NCBI GenBank assembly: GCA_945865425.1 | Contig: CAMBFN010000001.1 | Location: 1-58,038 of the forward strand | Source: Comamonas sp. lk | Lineage (GTDB): Bacteria > Pseudomonadota > Gammaproteobacteria > Burkholderiales > Burkholderiaceae_C | Length of the DNA: 58,038 nucleotides | Direction of reading: 5' to 3' | Shown here: positions 49,358 to 58,038 of the stretch, one piece after another | Layout: each line of letters opens with the position of its first letter | Position numbering within the stretch: the first letter of the stretch is position 1 | The notes under the pieces: model-generated | The model's input: only the letters and a program-made list of their open reading frames with translations | What the model was told of the DNA's origin: nothing | Database searches by the model: none | Made by a program: the position numbers and the translations under genes

Positions 49358-51520
49358 TTAAACGGCCAGCTTGGCCAAATCAGCGACGCGGTTCATGGCG
49401 CTGTGCAGTTGCTGCAACAACGACAGTCGGTTAGCCTTGAGCGCAAAGTCCTCGGCATTGACCATCACGCCATCAAAAAACGCATCCACCGGCGCGCGCA
49501 GCGCGGCCAGCGCTTGTAAGCTGGCGGTGTAGTCCTTGGCGGCAAACCAAGCATCAGCCTGAGGCACTACCGTTTGCATGGCAGCGAACAAAGCCTTTTC
49601 GGCTTCTTCTTGCAGCAACGCGGCATCCACCTGGCCCTGTGCGGCTTCAGATTTTTTCAAGATGTTGCCGATACGCTTATTTGCAGCAGCCAGCGCAGCG
49701 CTTTCGGGCAGGCTTGCGAAGGCGCGCACCGCTTCAAGTCGACGGCTTACGTCGCCCAACTGCGTTGGACGCAGCGCCAGAACTGCATCCACTTCTTGCG
49801 CACTATTGCCCTGCTCACGCAAGCTACCTGCCAGTCGATCAAAGATAAAGTCCAGCAGCGCAGAGCGCGGGTCTTTTATCAGTTCGCCAAATGCCGGCGC
49901 GGCATCGTCTAGCAAGGCCGGTAAGCTCAGTGGCAAGTCACGCGCATCCATGAGTATGCGAATGACCCCCAGTGCATGGCGGCGCAAGGCAAAAGGATCT
50001 TTGTCGCCTGTAGGCAGACTGCCAATGCCAAACATGCCCGCCAAGGTTTCTAATTTATCGGCCAAGGCAAGCGTTCGCCCAACGTCATTAGTGGGCAGAC
50101 TATCCCCGGCAAATCGAGGATGGTAATGGTCAGAAATCGCATTGGCTATTTCGTCGCTTAAACCATCATTCTTAGCGTAGTAATTGCCCATGATGCCTTG
50201 CAGCTCAGGGAATTCGCCCACCATATCGGTCAACAAGTCCGTCTTAGCCAAACGCGCGGCCAAGATGGCTTTATCGGCAAGGGCTTTGCCGCCGATGCGC
50301 ATGCCTATGGCCCCGGCGATCTGGCACACCCGCTTCATGCGATCGCCCTGCGTGCCCAACTGGTTGTGATACACCACTTTGGACAAACCCTCGACGCGCG
50401 ACTCCAGGCTGTGTTTGCGGTCCTGGTCGTAAAAGAATTTGGCGTCGGCCAGGCGAGGGCGCACCACGCGCTCGTTGCCCCCAATCACAAAGCTAGGGTC
50501 TGCGGGATTGATATTGCTGACGATTAAAAACTGGTTGCTTAACTTACCCGCATCGTCGAACAGCGGAAAGTATTTTTGGTTCGCCTTCATGGTCAGAATC
50601 AAACACTCTTGCGGCACTTGCAAAAACTCTGCATCAAAATTGCACACCATCACGGTGGGGCGCTCCACCAAGCCGGTCACTTCCTGCACCAGTGCGTTCT
50701 CCAGCAATACCGCTTCGGCTTCGTCGTCGCTCAAATGGGGCGGCTCCACTTCCAAACGGCGACCCAAGCGCTTGGCTTCGCTGCGCAAGGCACGCACCAT
50801 TGCGTGGCTACGTTCGTCAAAACTGGCGATCACCGCGCCATCCCGGGCTAGTGTGGTCGCGTAGTCATCGGCATGGGCTATCAGCACTGGCGACATGGCG
50901 GCTTCAAAACGGTGGCCTTGGGTGCTGTTACCGGCCCGCAGGCCCAGCGCCTGCACCGGTGCCACGGCGCTGCCATGCAGCGCCAGCAAGCCATGCGCCG
51001 GGCGAACAAAGCTGACTGTGCTCCAGCCGGGCAAGTCGCAATCGCGCTCTAGCTGGTAGCTCATCACTTTGGGGATCGGCAGCTTGGCAATCGCATCGGA
51101 CAAGGCTTTTTGCAAACCCTCGGCCAGGCTGGCGCCGCGCACGGTGCTGTCAAAGTACAAAGCCTCGGATTTGCCGTCCATGCGCTTTTGCAAACCGGCA
51201 ACAGCCTCGGGTCCCGCGCCCAAGGCTTGCAACTTTTTTAGCAAGGCCGGTGTAGCTTGTCCGCTGGCATCTAAACCCACGGCAAGCGGCATTAGTTTTT
51301 GCGACACGGCTTTGTCAGCCGCTTGCGCGGCGACGCCTGTGACATGCACCGCCAATCGTCGCGGCGAGGCGTAATCCGTGACCTCTGCATCCGCAGCAGT
51401 CAGTCCTTGCGCTTTCAGGCTGTCGGCCAGCACGGTGGCAAACGCCAGCCCCAGCTTTTTCAAAGCCTTGGGCGGCAGTTCTTCGACAAAGAGTTCGACC
51501 AGCAGGTTTTCGGTGGTCAT
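49358..51520 (-). CDS. glyS: Glycine--tRNA ligase beta subunit
   Basis: LLVELFVEELPP, SPRRLA, FVRP, GNERVVRPRLADA, MVGEFPELQG and DPFALRR motifs. Confidence 0.98.
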   Translation of the reverse strand: MTTENLLVELFVEELPPKALKKLGLAFATVLADSLKAQGLTAADAEVTDYASPRRLAVHVTGVAAQAADKAVSQKLMPLAVGLDASGQATPALLKKLQALGAGPEAVAGLQKRMDGKSEALYFDSTVRGASLAEGLQKALSDAIAKLPIPKVMSYQLERDCDLPGWSTVSFVRPAHGLLALHGSAVAPVQALGLRAGNSTQGHRFEAAMSPVLIAHADDYATTLARDGAVIASFDERSHAMVRALRSEAKRLGRRLEVEPPHLSDDEAEAVLLENALVQEVTGLVERPTVMVCNFDAEFLQVPQECLILTMKANQKYFPLFDDAGKLSNQFLIVSNINPADPSFVIGGNERVVRPRLADAKFFYDQDRKHSLESRVEGLSKVVYHNQLGTQGDRMKRVCQIAGAIGMRIGGKALADKAILAARLAKTDLLTDMVGEFPELQGIMGNYYAKNDGLSDEIANAISDHYHPRFAGDSLPTNDVGRTLALADKLETLAGMFGIGSLPTGDKDPFALRRHALGVIRILMDARDLPLSLPALLDDAAPAFGELIKDPRSALLDFIFDRLAGSLREQGNSAQEVDAVLALRPTQLGDVSRRLEAVRAFASLPESAALAAANKRIGNILKKSEAAQGQVDAALLQEEAEKALFAAMQTVVPQADAWFAAKDYTASLQALAALRAPVDAFFDGVMVNAEDFALKANRLSLLQQLHSAMNRVADLAKLAV

Positions 51521-51522
51521 GC

Positions 51523-52428
51523 TTATGCCGCCTTCTTTGCCATCTGCGCCACCCATTCGCGCGGGGCCATCGGAAAGCCCAGGCGCTCGCGACTCTCGAA
51601 ATAGCACTGCGCCACGCCGCGCGCCAGGTTGCGGATGCGGCCCATGTAGGCAGCCCGCTCGGTCACGCTGATGGCGCCGCGTGCGTCCAGCAAATTAAAG
51701 GTGTGTGCGGCTTTGAGCACTTGCTCGTAGGCCGGCAAGGCCAAGGGCACCTCGATCAAATGCTTGGCTTGTTTTTCATGCGCAGAAAACGCACTGAATA
51801 AAAAGTCGGTGTCACTGTGTTCAAAGTTGTAAGTGGACTGCTCCACTTCGTTTTGCTTGTACACATCGCCATACGTCATATCGGCGGTCCATTTCAAGTT
51901 ATAGACATTGTCCACACCTTGCAAGTACATGGCCAGGCGCTCCAGGCCGTAGGTGATTTCGCCGGTGACCGGCTTGCAGTCGATGCCGCCCACTTGTTGG
52001 AAATAGGTGAACTGCGTAACCTCCATGCCATTGAGCCACACTTCCCAGCCCAAGCCCCAAGCGCCCAGGGTGGGGTTTTCCCAATCGTCTTCGACAAAGC
52101 GGATGTCGTTTTGTTTCAGGTCAAAGCCCAGCGCCTTTAGGGAACCGAGGTACAAGTCCAAGATATTGGCAGGGGCTGGTTTCATCACCACCTGGTACTG
52201 GTAGTAATGCTGCAAGCGGTTGGGATTTTCCCCGTAGCGCCCGTCTTTAGGGCGGCGGCTGGGTTGCACATAGGCGGCCTTCCAGGGCTCGGGGCCGATG
52301 GCGCGTAAGAACGTAGCGGTGTGCGAGGTACCGGCGCCCACTTCCATATCGTATGGTTGCAAGAGGGCGCAACCTTGCTGGTCCCAATAAGACTGCAAGG
52401 TCAGAATAATTTGCTGGAATGTCTTCAT
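51523..52428 (-). CDS. glyQ: Glycine--tRNA ligase alpha subunit
   Basis: [27 protein letters not shown] and EITYGLERL motifs. Confidence 0.99.
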   Translation of the reverse strand: MKTFQQIILTLQSYWDQQGCALLQPYDMEVGAGTSHTATFLRAIGPEPWKAAYVQPSRRPKDGRYGENPNRLQHYYQYQVVMKPAPANILDLYLGSLKALGFDLKQNDIRFVEDDWENPTLGAWGLGWEVWLNGMEVTQFTYFQQVGGIDCKPVTGEITYGLERLAMYLQGVDNVYNLKWTADMTYGDVYKQNEVEQSTYNFEHSDTDFLFSAFSAHEKQAKHLIEVPLALPAYEQVLKAAHTFNLLDARGAISVTERAAYMGRIRNLARGVAQCYFESRERLGFPMAPREWVAQMAKKAA

Positions 52429-52546
52429 GAAGTGGCTGAGTCGCGGCAGGCGCGCCGTCGGTTGGGCTGCTGACAAGGGCTTGTAGCGTACGCGTTCAAT
52501 TTTACCGGCCAATGCTGCATGCAAGCTTGCGCTAAGGTTTGACGCT

Positions 52547-54115
52547 TCAGGCGCTGCGTCGGCGTGCGATTGCGGCCCATGCCAAGGCGCTCAAGCCTGT
52601 CAGCCACAGCGGCCATAAGCCCCAGTGCGCGGCCCAGCGGGCAAAGGGCGTTAGCCCCAAGCGGCCTTGAACTTGCCCTTGCAACACACCTGCCGGGCCA
52701 TAAGGCAACTGCGCTTGCACCACGCCGGTGTGCGCAATGATGGCGGTGGCGCCAGTATTGGTTGCACGCAGCACTGGCAATCCAAACTCCAAAGCCCGCA
52801 TGCGTGCGATGCTCAGGTGTTGGTAGATGGCCAGACCGTCACCAAACCAGGCCAGATTGCTCACGTTGACCAGCGCCGTAGGCGCGCTGGCCGGATCTAT
52901 AAAACGCGTAGCCAGCTCTTCGCCAAACAAGTCTTCGTAGCAAATATGCACCGCCAGCCTTTGCCCGGGCATAGCAAACGAGGCTTGACCCAAAGGGCCA
53001 CGATTGAAGTCACCCAAAGGGATGTGCATCAAGTTGGTAAACCAGCGAAACAAGGGCGGAATGAATTCGCCAAAGGGCACCAGATGGTGCTTGTCGTAGC
53101 GCTGTATTTGCGCTTGGCCTGGCATCAATCCGATAACCGAGTTGGAGTAGCCCTGCTGGTTATCGCCCAGCGGAATACCGAAGATGGCGGCATGGCCGTA
53201 GGCGCGCAAGCCGGTGCTCAAGCGCGCCCAATAGCCTTCGGGCAAATCCTGGGGCAACAAGGGGAGCGCCGTTTCGGGTGCGACTACCAAATCACTGTTG
53301 GCACCCAGCAACTGCGCTTCGTACCACTGCAGCGCCTGCGGCACACCGCTGGATTGTTCAAATTTCTCGTCCTGCGCGATACCGCCTTGCAAAAGCGTGA
53401 CGCTAAAGCTGCCCGCATCCTTCGTCCACTGGTTCCAAGCCGCCGGAATCAGCAGGGGCGCGATGAGCAGCGCCACGGCTGTCAGCAAAGCCGCCGCACC
53501 CGAAGGGAGCAGACCACCGGATGGGCGTCGACCCGTTGCGCGGGTCAGCGCTTGCGCCAATGCCATGCCGATAAACCCCGCCACTGCGCCCATGCCGTAG
53601 GAGCCCAGCCAAGGCGCGAAAAAGGACAAGGGACCATCGACATGCGCGTAGCCACCCGCACCCCAGCCAAAGCCGGTAAGCCAGGTGCCACGTGCCAACT
53701 CGGCCATCATCCACACCAAGCCAAAAAGGAGCGCGCCTGAAAAAGCGCCACGCTGCGCCAGACGCCACCAAAGGGCACCGGCAAACGCAAAATATAGGGC
53801 CAGCAAACCCGCCAAAAGCCATTCGGCGAGCGCAGCCAGCGGCGCGGGCATGCCGCCATAGGTGTGCATAGCGGTAAACAACCAGCCAAAGGTGCAGCCT
53901 AGATAAACAGTAGTGAATACCCAAGCGCGAAGAGCGGCTTGCCCTGCAGAACTTGCGCGCAAAAGCGCGCCGCCCAACAAGGCCATGGACAGCAATTGCA
54001 GAGGCCATTGTGGCTGGCCATAGTCCAGCACAAAGTGCAAAGGCCAAGCCACAGCGGCTGCGTGCAGCATGCCCGCCAGCAAGGGCATCGCTAACTGCAC
54101 GGGAATGCGCATCAC
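52547..54115 (-). CDS. lnt: Apolipoprotein N-acyltransferase
   Basis: TM N-terminus; CN-hydrolase triad [13 protein letters not shown] and ICYED; RATNTG. Confidence 0.96.
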   Translation of the reverse strand: MMRIPVQLAMPLLAGMLHAAAVAWPLHFVLDYGQPQWPLQLLSMALLGGALLRASSAGQAALRAWVFTTVYLGCTFGWLFTAMHTYGGMPAPLAALAEWLLAGLLALYFAFAGALWWRLAQRGAFSGALLFGLVWMMAELARGTWLTGFGWGAGGYAHVDGPLSFFAPWLGSYGMGAVAGFIGMALAQALTRATGRRPSGGLLPSGAAALLTAVALLIAPLLIPAAWNQWTKDAGSFSVTLLQGGIAQDEKFEQSSGVPQALQWYEAQLLGANSDLVVAPETALPLLPQDLPEGYWARLSTGLRAYGHAAIFGIPLGDNQQGYSNSVIGLMPGQAQIQRYDKHHLVPFGEFIPPLFRWFTNLMHIPLGDFNRGPLGQASFAMPGQRLAVHICYEDLFGEELATRFIDPASAPTALVNVSNLAWFGDGLAIYQHLSIARMRALEFGLPVLRATNTGATAIIAHTGVVQAQLPYGPAGVLQGQVQGRLGLTPFARWAAHWGLWPLWLTGLSALAWAAIARRRSA

Positions 54116-54984
54116 GGGCTGGCGGACACGCTCAGCGATGACACTTTGAACCAGCGCACCGCACCGCCGCGCGTGTGCAGCACCACAAACTGTAAGCCCA
54201 GCATGGTGTGGCGCTCGCCGCGCTGGGGCACATGGCCCATTTCATGGGCCACCAGGCCGCCTATGGTGTCAAAGTCGTCGGCGTCTTCGCGCGCCAGCAG
54301 ATCCACGCCAAAGGCGCTGCTCACGCGCTCCAGTGTGGCGTCGCCGTTTACGCGAAAGCTTCGGTCGGGTAGCGCGAACACATCGCCCTCGTCGTCGTCG
54401 ATATCGAATTCGTCCTCGATCTCGCCGACGATTTGCTCCAGCACGTCCTCGATGGTGATCAGGCCTGCCACACGACCAAACTCGTCGATCACGATGGCCA
54501 GGTGGTTGCGGTTGCCTTTAAAGTCGCGCAGCAAATCGTTCAGGCCCTTGGTCTCGGGCACAAACACTGCAGGGCGCAAGAGCGCACGGATGTTGAGCTC
54601 GGGGGCGCGCTGGAGTTTGAGCAAATCCTTGGCCATCAGGATGCCGATGATGTTTTCGCGCTCGCCCTCAAATACTGGAAAGCGCGAGTGCGCGGTATCG
54701 ATTACGGTATGCAGCAATTCGTCCATGGGCGACTGGATGTCCAGCAAGTCCATGCGCGTGGCCGCCACCATCACGTCACCGGCCGTCATGTCGGCCATGC
54801 GGATCACGCCCTCGAGCATGGCGCGCGACTGGGCGCCTATGATTTTGTTGTCCTCGGCCTCGGCCAAGGTCTCCATCAACTCCTCAGCCGAGTCCGGGCC
54901 GGGGTGCAGAAATTCTGCCAGGCGTTGCAGAAACGTTCGCTTGTCTTCTTTGTCGTGGGAATGCGCGGGGTGGGGATCGGACAC
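54112..54984 (-). CDS. corC: CBS-CorC/HlyC protein (CorC/YbeX)
   Basis: HSRFPV, AIVIDEFG, TIEDVLEQIVGEIEDE and DTIGGL motifs; upstream of lnt; GTG start. Confidence 0.92.
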   Translation of the reverse strand: MSDPHPAHSHDKEDKRTFLQRLAEFLHPGPDSAEELMETLAEAEDNKIIGAQSRAMLEGVIRMADMTAGDVMVAATRMDLLDIQSPMDELLHTVIDTAHSRFPVFEGERENIIGILMAKDLLKLQRAPELNIRALLRPAVFVPETKGLNDLLRDFKGNRNHLAIVIDEFGRVAGLITIEDVLEQIVGEIEDEFDIDDDEGDVFALPDRSFRVNGDATLERVSSAFGVDLLAREDADDFDTIGGLVAHEMGHVPQRGERHTMLGLQFVVLHTRGGAVRWFKVSSLSVSASP

Positions 54985-55073
54985 TGGCGTGGGGCAAAGC
55001 TGCCGTTTTTGCGAAGCCTCAAGGATAGCCCATTGCCAAGGCAGCGCCCTAGGGGAACAGGCCTAGGCAAACC

Positions 55074-55805
55074 CTAAGAGCCGGAACTGCCGCTGGTATC
55101 CCGAATCGCCTGCCGCGTTTCCTGAATGCCGGCCAGCAAAGCCCAGACATGCCGGGCTTGTGATTTGAGCTGGTAATCGGTATCGGCGATCTGAGCGTCC
55201 ACCGCCTCGTGCCAATGCGACTGCAAGGTGGGCGAAGGCAGGCTTAAGTAGGCCTCAGACTCCGAGCCCAGACGCTCCACGGTGGCGCCTGCACGCTGAG
55301 CAATATGCAGCATGGCGGAGTTTTCGCTCAGGGCGTGGATGAACATGAGGGAAATATGGTCGTTACGCGCTTGTAAAACCGCCCGCGCAAACAATTCGGT
55401 GCCAAAGCCGCGCCCACGCCATGCCGACAACACGGACACGCCAAACTCAGTGCAGCTAGCCGCCTGCGGCTCGTGGATGTAGGCCAGATGCGCCATGGCG
55501 ATCAGGCACAGCTTGCGGTTGTAAATGCCAAACACCCGATCACGCCCGAAGTCCAGCTTGGCGACATAGCGCTCGATTTGCGCATCCTGCGCGGCATAAC
55601 CGAAGCGCAGGTAGCGGTCCGGCCCGCTCAGCGCTAACAAGTGGGGCAGCACATCTGGGCGGTCCTGCACATGCAACTCCCGCACCGGTACAAAACCGTA
55701 ATGCCCCTGCGAACTGGACTTAGCGCTGAAGGCCGTCATCGCAAACTGCCACGGCGCCAGCAGCTTGGCGAGAAACCAGTAAAACCTGGAAATGATGGCA
55801 TGCAT
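55074..55805 (-). CDS. GNAT family N-acetyltransferase
   Basis: DRYLRFG, EFGVSV..WRGRGFG (acetyl-CoA motif) and ENSAML; start placed 7 nt after a TATAGT box (alternative starts 55814 or 55739). Confidence 0.87.
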   Translation of the reverse strand: MHAIISRFYWFLAKLLAPWQFAMTAFSAKSSSQGHYGFVPVRELHVQDRPDVLPHLLALSGPDRYLRFGYAAQDAQIERYVAKLDFGRDRVFGIYNRKLCLIAMAHLAYIHEPQAASCTEFGVSVLSAWRGRGFGTELFARAVLQARNDHISLMFIHALSENSAMLHIAQRAGATVERLGSESEAYLSLPSPTLQSHWHEAVDAQIADTDYQLKSQARHVWALLAGIQETRQAIRDTSGSSGS

Positions 55806-55882
55806 GTGGCCCACTATAAGGGTTTTCCCTAGTTTTTCCCAAGGTTATGCCGGGTCCGGATCACTATTTTGTTCGGTTGTTA

Positions 55883-55910
55883 GAAAAAATGTAAGAATTC
55901 CTACTTTTTC
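55883..55910. promoter_or_regulatory. Putative antitoxin operator
   Basis: Imperfect palindrome GAAAAA-AT-GTAAGAATTCCTAC-TTTTTC just upstream of the antitoxin gene. Confidence 0.6.
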
Positions 55911-55928
55911 ACCTTGAGGTTCTTTGCC

Positions 55929-56177
55929 ATGGCTGAAATCAGAATGCGACCCAAGCACCAGCTCACACTACCGGCCAACATCGTGCGGCAGGCAAATCTT
56001 GCGACAGACGATAGGCTGGACGTGAGCTATAGCAACGGAGTCATTTTGCTGACTCCTAAACCGGCATCCGTAGGCGGCCACCCCTTCGATCTGATGGCCT
56101 ATGCCGGCATCGCTAAGGACATGTGGGGCGATACGGCGGATGAGGTAAATCAATATATTCGCGACCTGCGCGCCTGA
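55929..56177 (+). CDS. AbrB/MazE/SpoVT-family antitoxin (VapB-like)
   Basis: KHQLTLPANIVRQANL..DDRL...ILLTP swapped-hairpin motif; TGATG coupling to the PIN gene. Confidence 0.87.
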   Translation: MAEIRMRPKHQLTLPANIVRQANLATDDRLDVSYSNGVILLTPKPASVGGHPFDLMAYAGIAKDMWGDTADEVNQYIRDLRA

Positions 56178-56689
56178 TGCCTACGTTCGAGCAAGCGTTG
56201 GAGCGCATGGAGAGTAAACGTGTGTATATCGACACGAATATTTTGATTTACTTCTTCAACAAAGAGCAAAAATATTTCCCTCTGGTTTCACAGTTTCTTC
56301 AGCTCTGCGCCAGTCGCAAAATTTTGGGTGTTGCCAGCGAATTGGTGGTGGCTGAAATCCTGGTGCAGCCCTACCGCGAAAGAAACTTAGACGCCGTTGC
56401 GCAAATCAAGGCATTTTTTGCGCAAAAAGACTTTCTGCATGTCGGCGCGCACCCACCCGGATTTATCGGCGAGTCGGCGATTTTGGCGGGTGAGCGTGGC
56501 ATGAAACTCATCGATGCGATGCACTTGCACACCGCCCTATCCAACCGCTGTGATTTTTTCATCACACACGATGGCAATTTCAAATCCACCAACGCGATGG
56601 AAGTTATTCAGATCCGGGAGTTTGTGGATGATGGCTCAGGGGCGCATTCACCATCTCAGGCCGGCAAAAACCCCTCAATCGACAAATAG
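56177..56689 (+). CDS. vapC: PIN-domain toxin (VapC family)
   Basis: [19 protein letters not shown] and ITHD acidic tetrad; 3' end overlaps cysK by 34 bp. Confidence 0.88.
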   Translation: MPTFEQALERMESKRVYIDTNILIYFFNKEQKYFPLVSQFLQLCASRKILGVASELVVAEILVQPYRERNLDAVAQIKAFFAQKDFLHVGAHPPGFIGESAILAGERGMKLIDAMHLHTALSNRCDFFITHDGNFKSTNAMEVIQIREFVDDGSGAHSPSQAGKNPSIDK

Positions 56690-57573
56690 CGCTCACCGGT
56701 ATCGTAGTTAAAGCCCAGCACTTTCGCACCTGCGGGCAGTTCGGGCAGTTTTTGGGCAATCGCGGCCAGGGTGGCGCCGCTGCTGATGCCGACCAGAATG
56801 CCTTCTTGCGCGGCGCTGCGGCGGGCCATCTCGCGGGACGCTTCGGCTTCGACCTGGATCACGCCATCGAGCAAATCGGTATGCAAGTTTTTGGGAATGA
56901 AGCCCGCGCCAATGCCTTGGATGGGGTGTGGCGAGGGGGCGCCGCCAGAGATAACCGGGCTTTGTGTGGGCTCGACCGCGAAGACTTTCAAGCCTGGCCA
57001 CTTTGCCTTGAGCACCTGGGCCACACCGGTGATATGACCCCCGGTACCTACACCGGTAATGATGGCGTCTAGCCCTTCGGGGAAATCGGCCAAAATTTCC
57101 AACGCGGTGGTGCGGGTGTGGACTTCCACATTGGCGGGGTTTTCAAACTGCTGCGGCATCCAGGCGCCGGGCGTGGCGTCGACCAGTTCCTGGGCGCGGG
57201 CGATGGCGCCTTTCATGCCTTTTTCGCGCGGCGTCAGGTCAAAGCTGGCGCCATAGGCCAGCATCAGGCGGCGCCGCTCGATGGACATGCTGTCGGGCAT
57301 CACCAAAATTAGTTGGTAGCCTTTGACTGCGGCCACCATGGCCAATCCCACGCCGGTATTGCCTGAAGTGGGCTCGATGATGGTGCCGCCGGGTTTTAGT
57401 ACGCCAGACTTTTCCGCATCCTCCACCATGGCCAGCGCGATGCGGTCCTTGATCGAACCGCCGGGGTTGCTGCGCTCGGACTTGATCCAGACCTGCGCAT
57501 CGGGCCCAAACAGGCGGTTAATGCGGACGTGCGGCGTGTTGCCAATGGTGTGCAGGATGTTGTCGGCTTTCAT
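56656..57573 (-). CDS. cysK: Cysteine synthase A
   Basis: [16 protein letters not shown] (PLP Lys), [21 protein letters not shown] and DTGERYLS motifs. Confidence 0.97.
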   Translation of the reverse strand: MKADNILHTIGNTPHVRINRLFGPDAQVWIKSERSNPGGSIKDRIALAMVEDAEKSGVLKPGGTIIEPTSGNTGVGLAMVAAVKGYQLILVMPDSMSIERRRLMLAYGASFDLTPREKGMKGAIARAQELVDATPGAWMPQQFENPANVEVHTRTTALEILADFPEGLDAIITGVGTGGHITGVAQVLKAKWPGLKVFAVEPTQSPVISGGAPSPHPIQGIGAGFIPKNLHTDLLDGVIQVEAEASREMARRSAAQEGILVGISSGATLAAIAQKLPELPAGAKVLGFNYDTGERYLSIEGFLPA

Positions 57574-57691
57574 GGTGTCTCCGTTATGTGGTGAGGGCAG
57601 CGGGCGCAGCGGCCTGCGTGTGGCTGCTATTTTGGGGCAGTTTGGGCGGCTTGCTCGTTATAAAGATATGCCAAGGCCGATAATCCAGCCC

Positions 57692-58038
57692 GTGAAGCCC
57701 GCCAGACCACCGCTGGTGCAATTTGGGAAACCAAGCACTGGAGGAACGTCCGGACTGCATAGGGCAGCGTAGCAGCTAACGGCTGTCCACTGAAAACTGC
57801 GCCCGCAAGGGGGCGGCATAAGGTGAGGATTAGAGCAACAGAGACGAGTTTCGGGCCCCGGCGCAGCGCAAGTTGCGCCACGGGTGCGGAGGTGAAACGG
57901 GCAATCTCTACGCGCAGCAATACCAAGTAGGCCAACGTTGACGGGGCCCCCTGAGTTGGCGGGTAGGTAGCACCGAGCTTTTGAGTGATCAAAGGCCCAG
58001 AGTAATGGTGGTCACACACCGGGGCAACCCGGCGTGCA
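57692..58038 (+). ncRNA. rnpB: RNase P RNA (class A), 3' end beyond the window
   Basis: GAGGAAcGTCCGGAC, CTAACGG, GCAACAGA, GGTGAAACG, GCAA, GGGTAGG and GA.AATG conserved blocks in order; GATAAT -10 box at 57679-57684. Confidence 0.95.

Noticed and set aside
57627-58019. 130-aa minus-strand ORF
   Set aside because: Antisense to the RNase P RNA gene.
1-58038. CRISPR array, prophage, integrase/transposase, tRNA/rRNA, defence island
   Set aside because: No regularly spaced repeats, phage or mobility proteins, or tRNA/rRNA signatures seen; the only defence-like element is the vapBC pair.

Overview
GC-rich betaproteobacterial chromosome segment. Gene content and order point to Burkholderiales/Comamonadaceae (inference). 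It is mostly core housekeeping: the 3' end of recA, recX, a second signal peptidase I, argC, sucCD, two TerC-family genes (one behind a yybP-ykoY Mn2+ riboswitch), a low-GC type IVa pilin followed by a PglL-type O-oligosaccharyltransferase, moaC, a BepA-like protease, nudJ-mnmA, pyk-fba-purC, cnoX, purEK-sua5, phaM-FIST, SRAP, LysR/TetR units, a beta-alanine/omega-amino-acid catabolic unit, a wHTH-MASE1-like pair, uup, a LiuR-controlled branched-chain acyl-CoA cluster containing can and aceK, plsC-gmhB-glyQS-lnt-corC, a GNAT, a vapBC-type toxin-antitoxin pair, cysK and most of rnpB, which is cut at the window end. I found no prophage, transposase, CRISPR array, tRNA or rRNA, and no clear-cut new multi-gene system. 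The best leads are cis-level: (1) a recurrent TAGGGWWWWCCCT-like quasi-palindrome abutting -10 boxes of unrelated promoters; (2) pervasive leaderless-type gene starts; (3) a single cruciform MITE/REP-like element; (4) a non-canonical base in the conserved P4 motif of RNase P RNA. Several poorly characterised gene pairs also merit a look: pilin Ser-rich tail/PglL, wHTH/MASE1, PhaM/FIST and DUF3717-DUF1289/nudJ-mnmA. All family calls come from motif recognition by eye, not from database searches.
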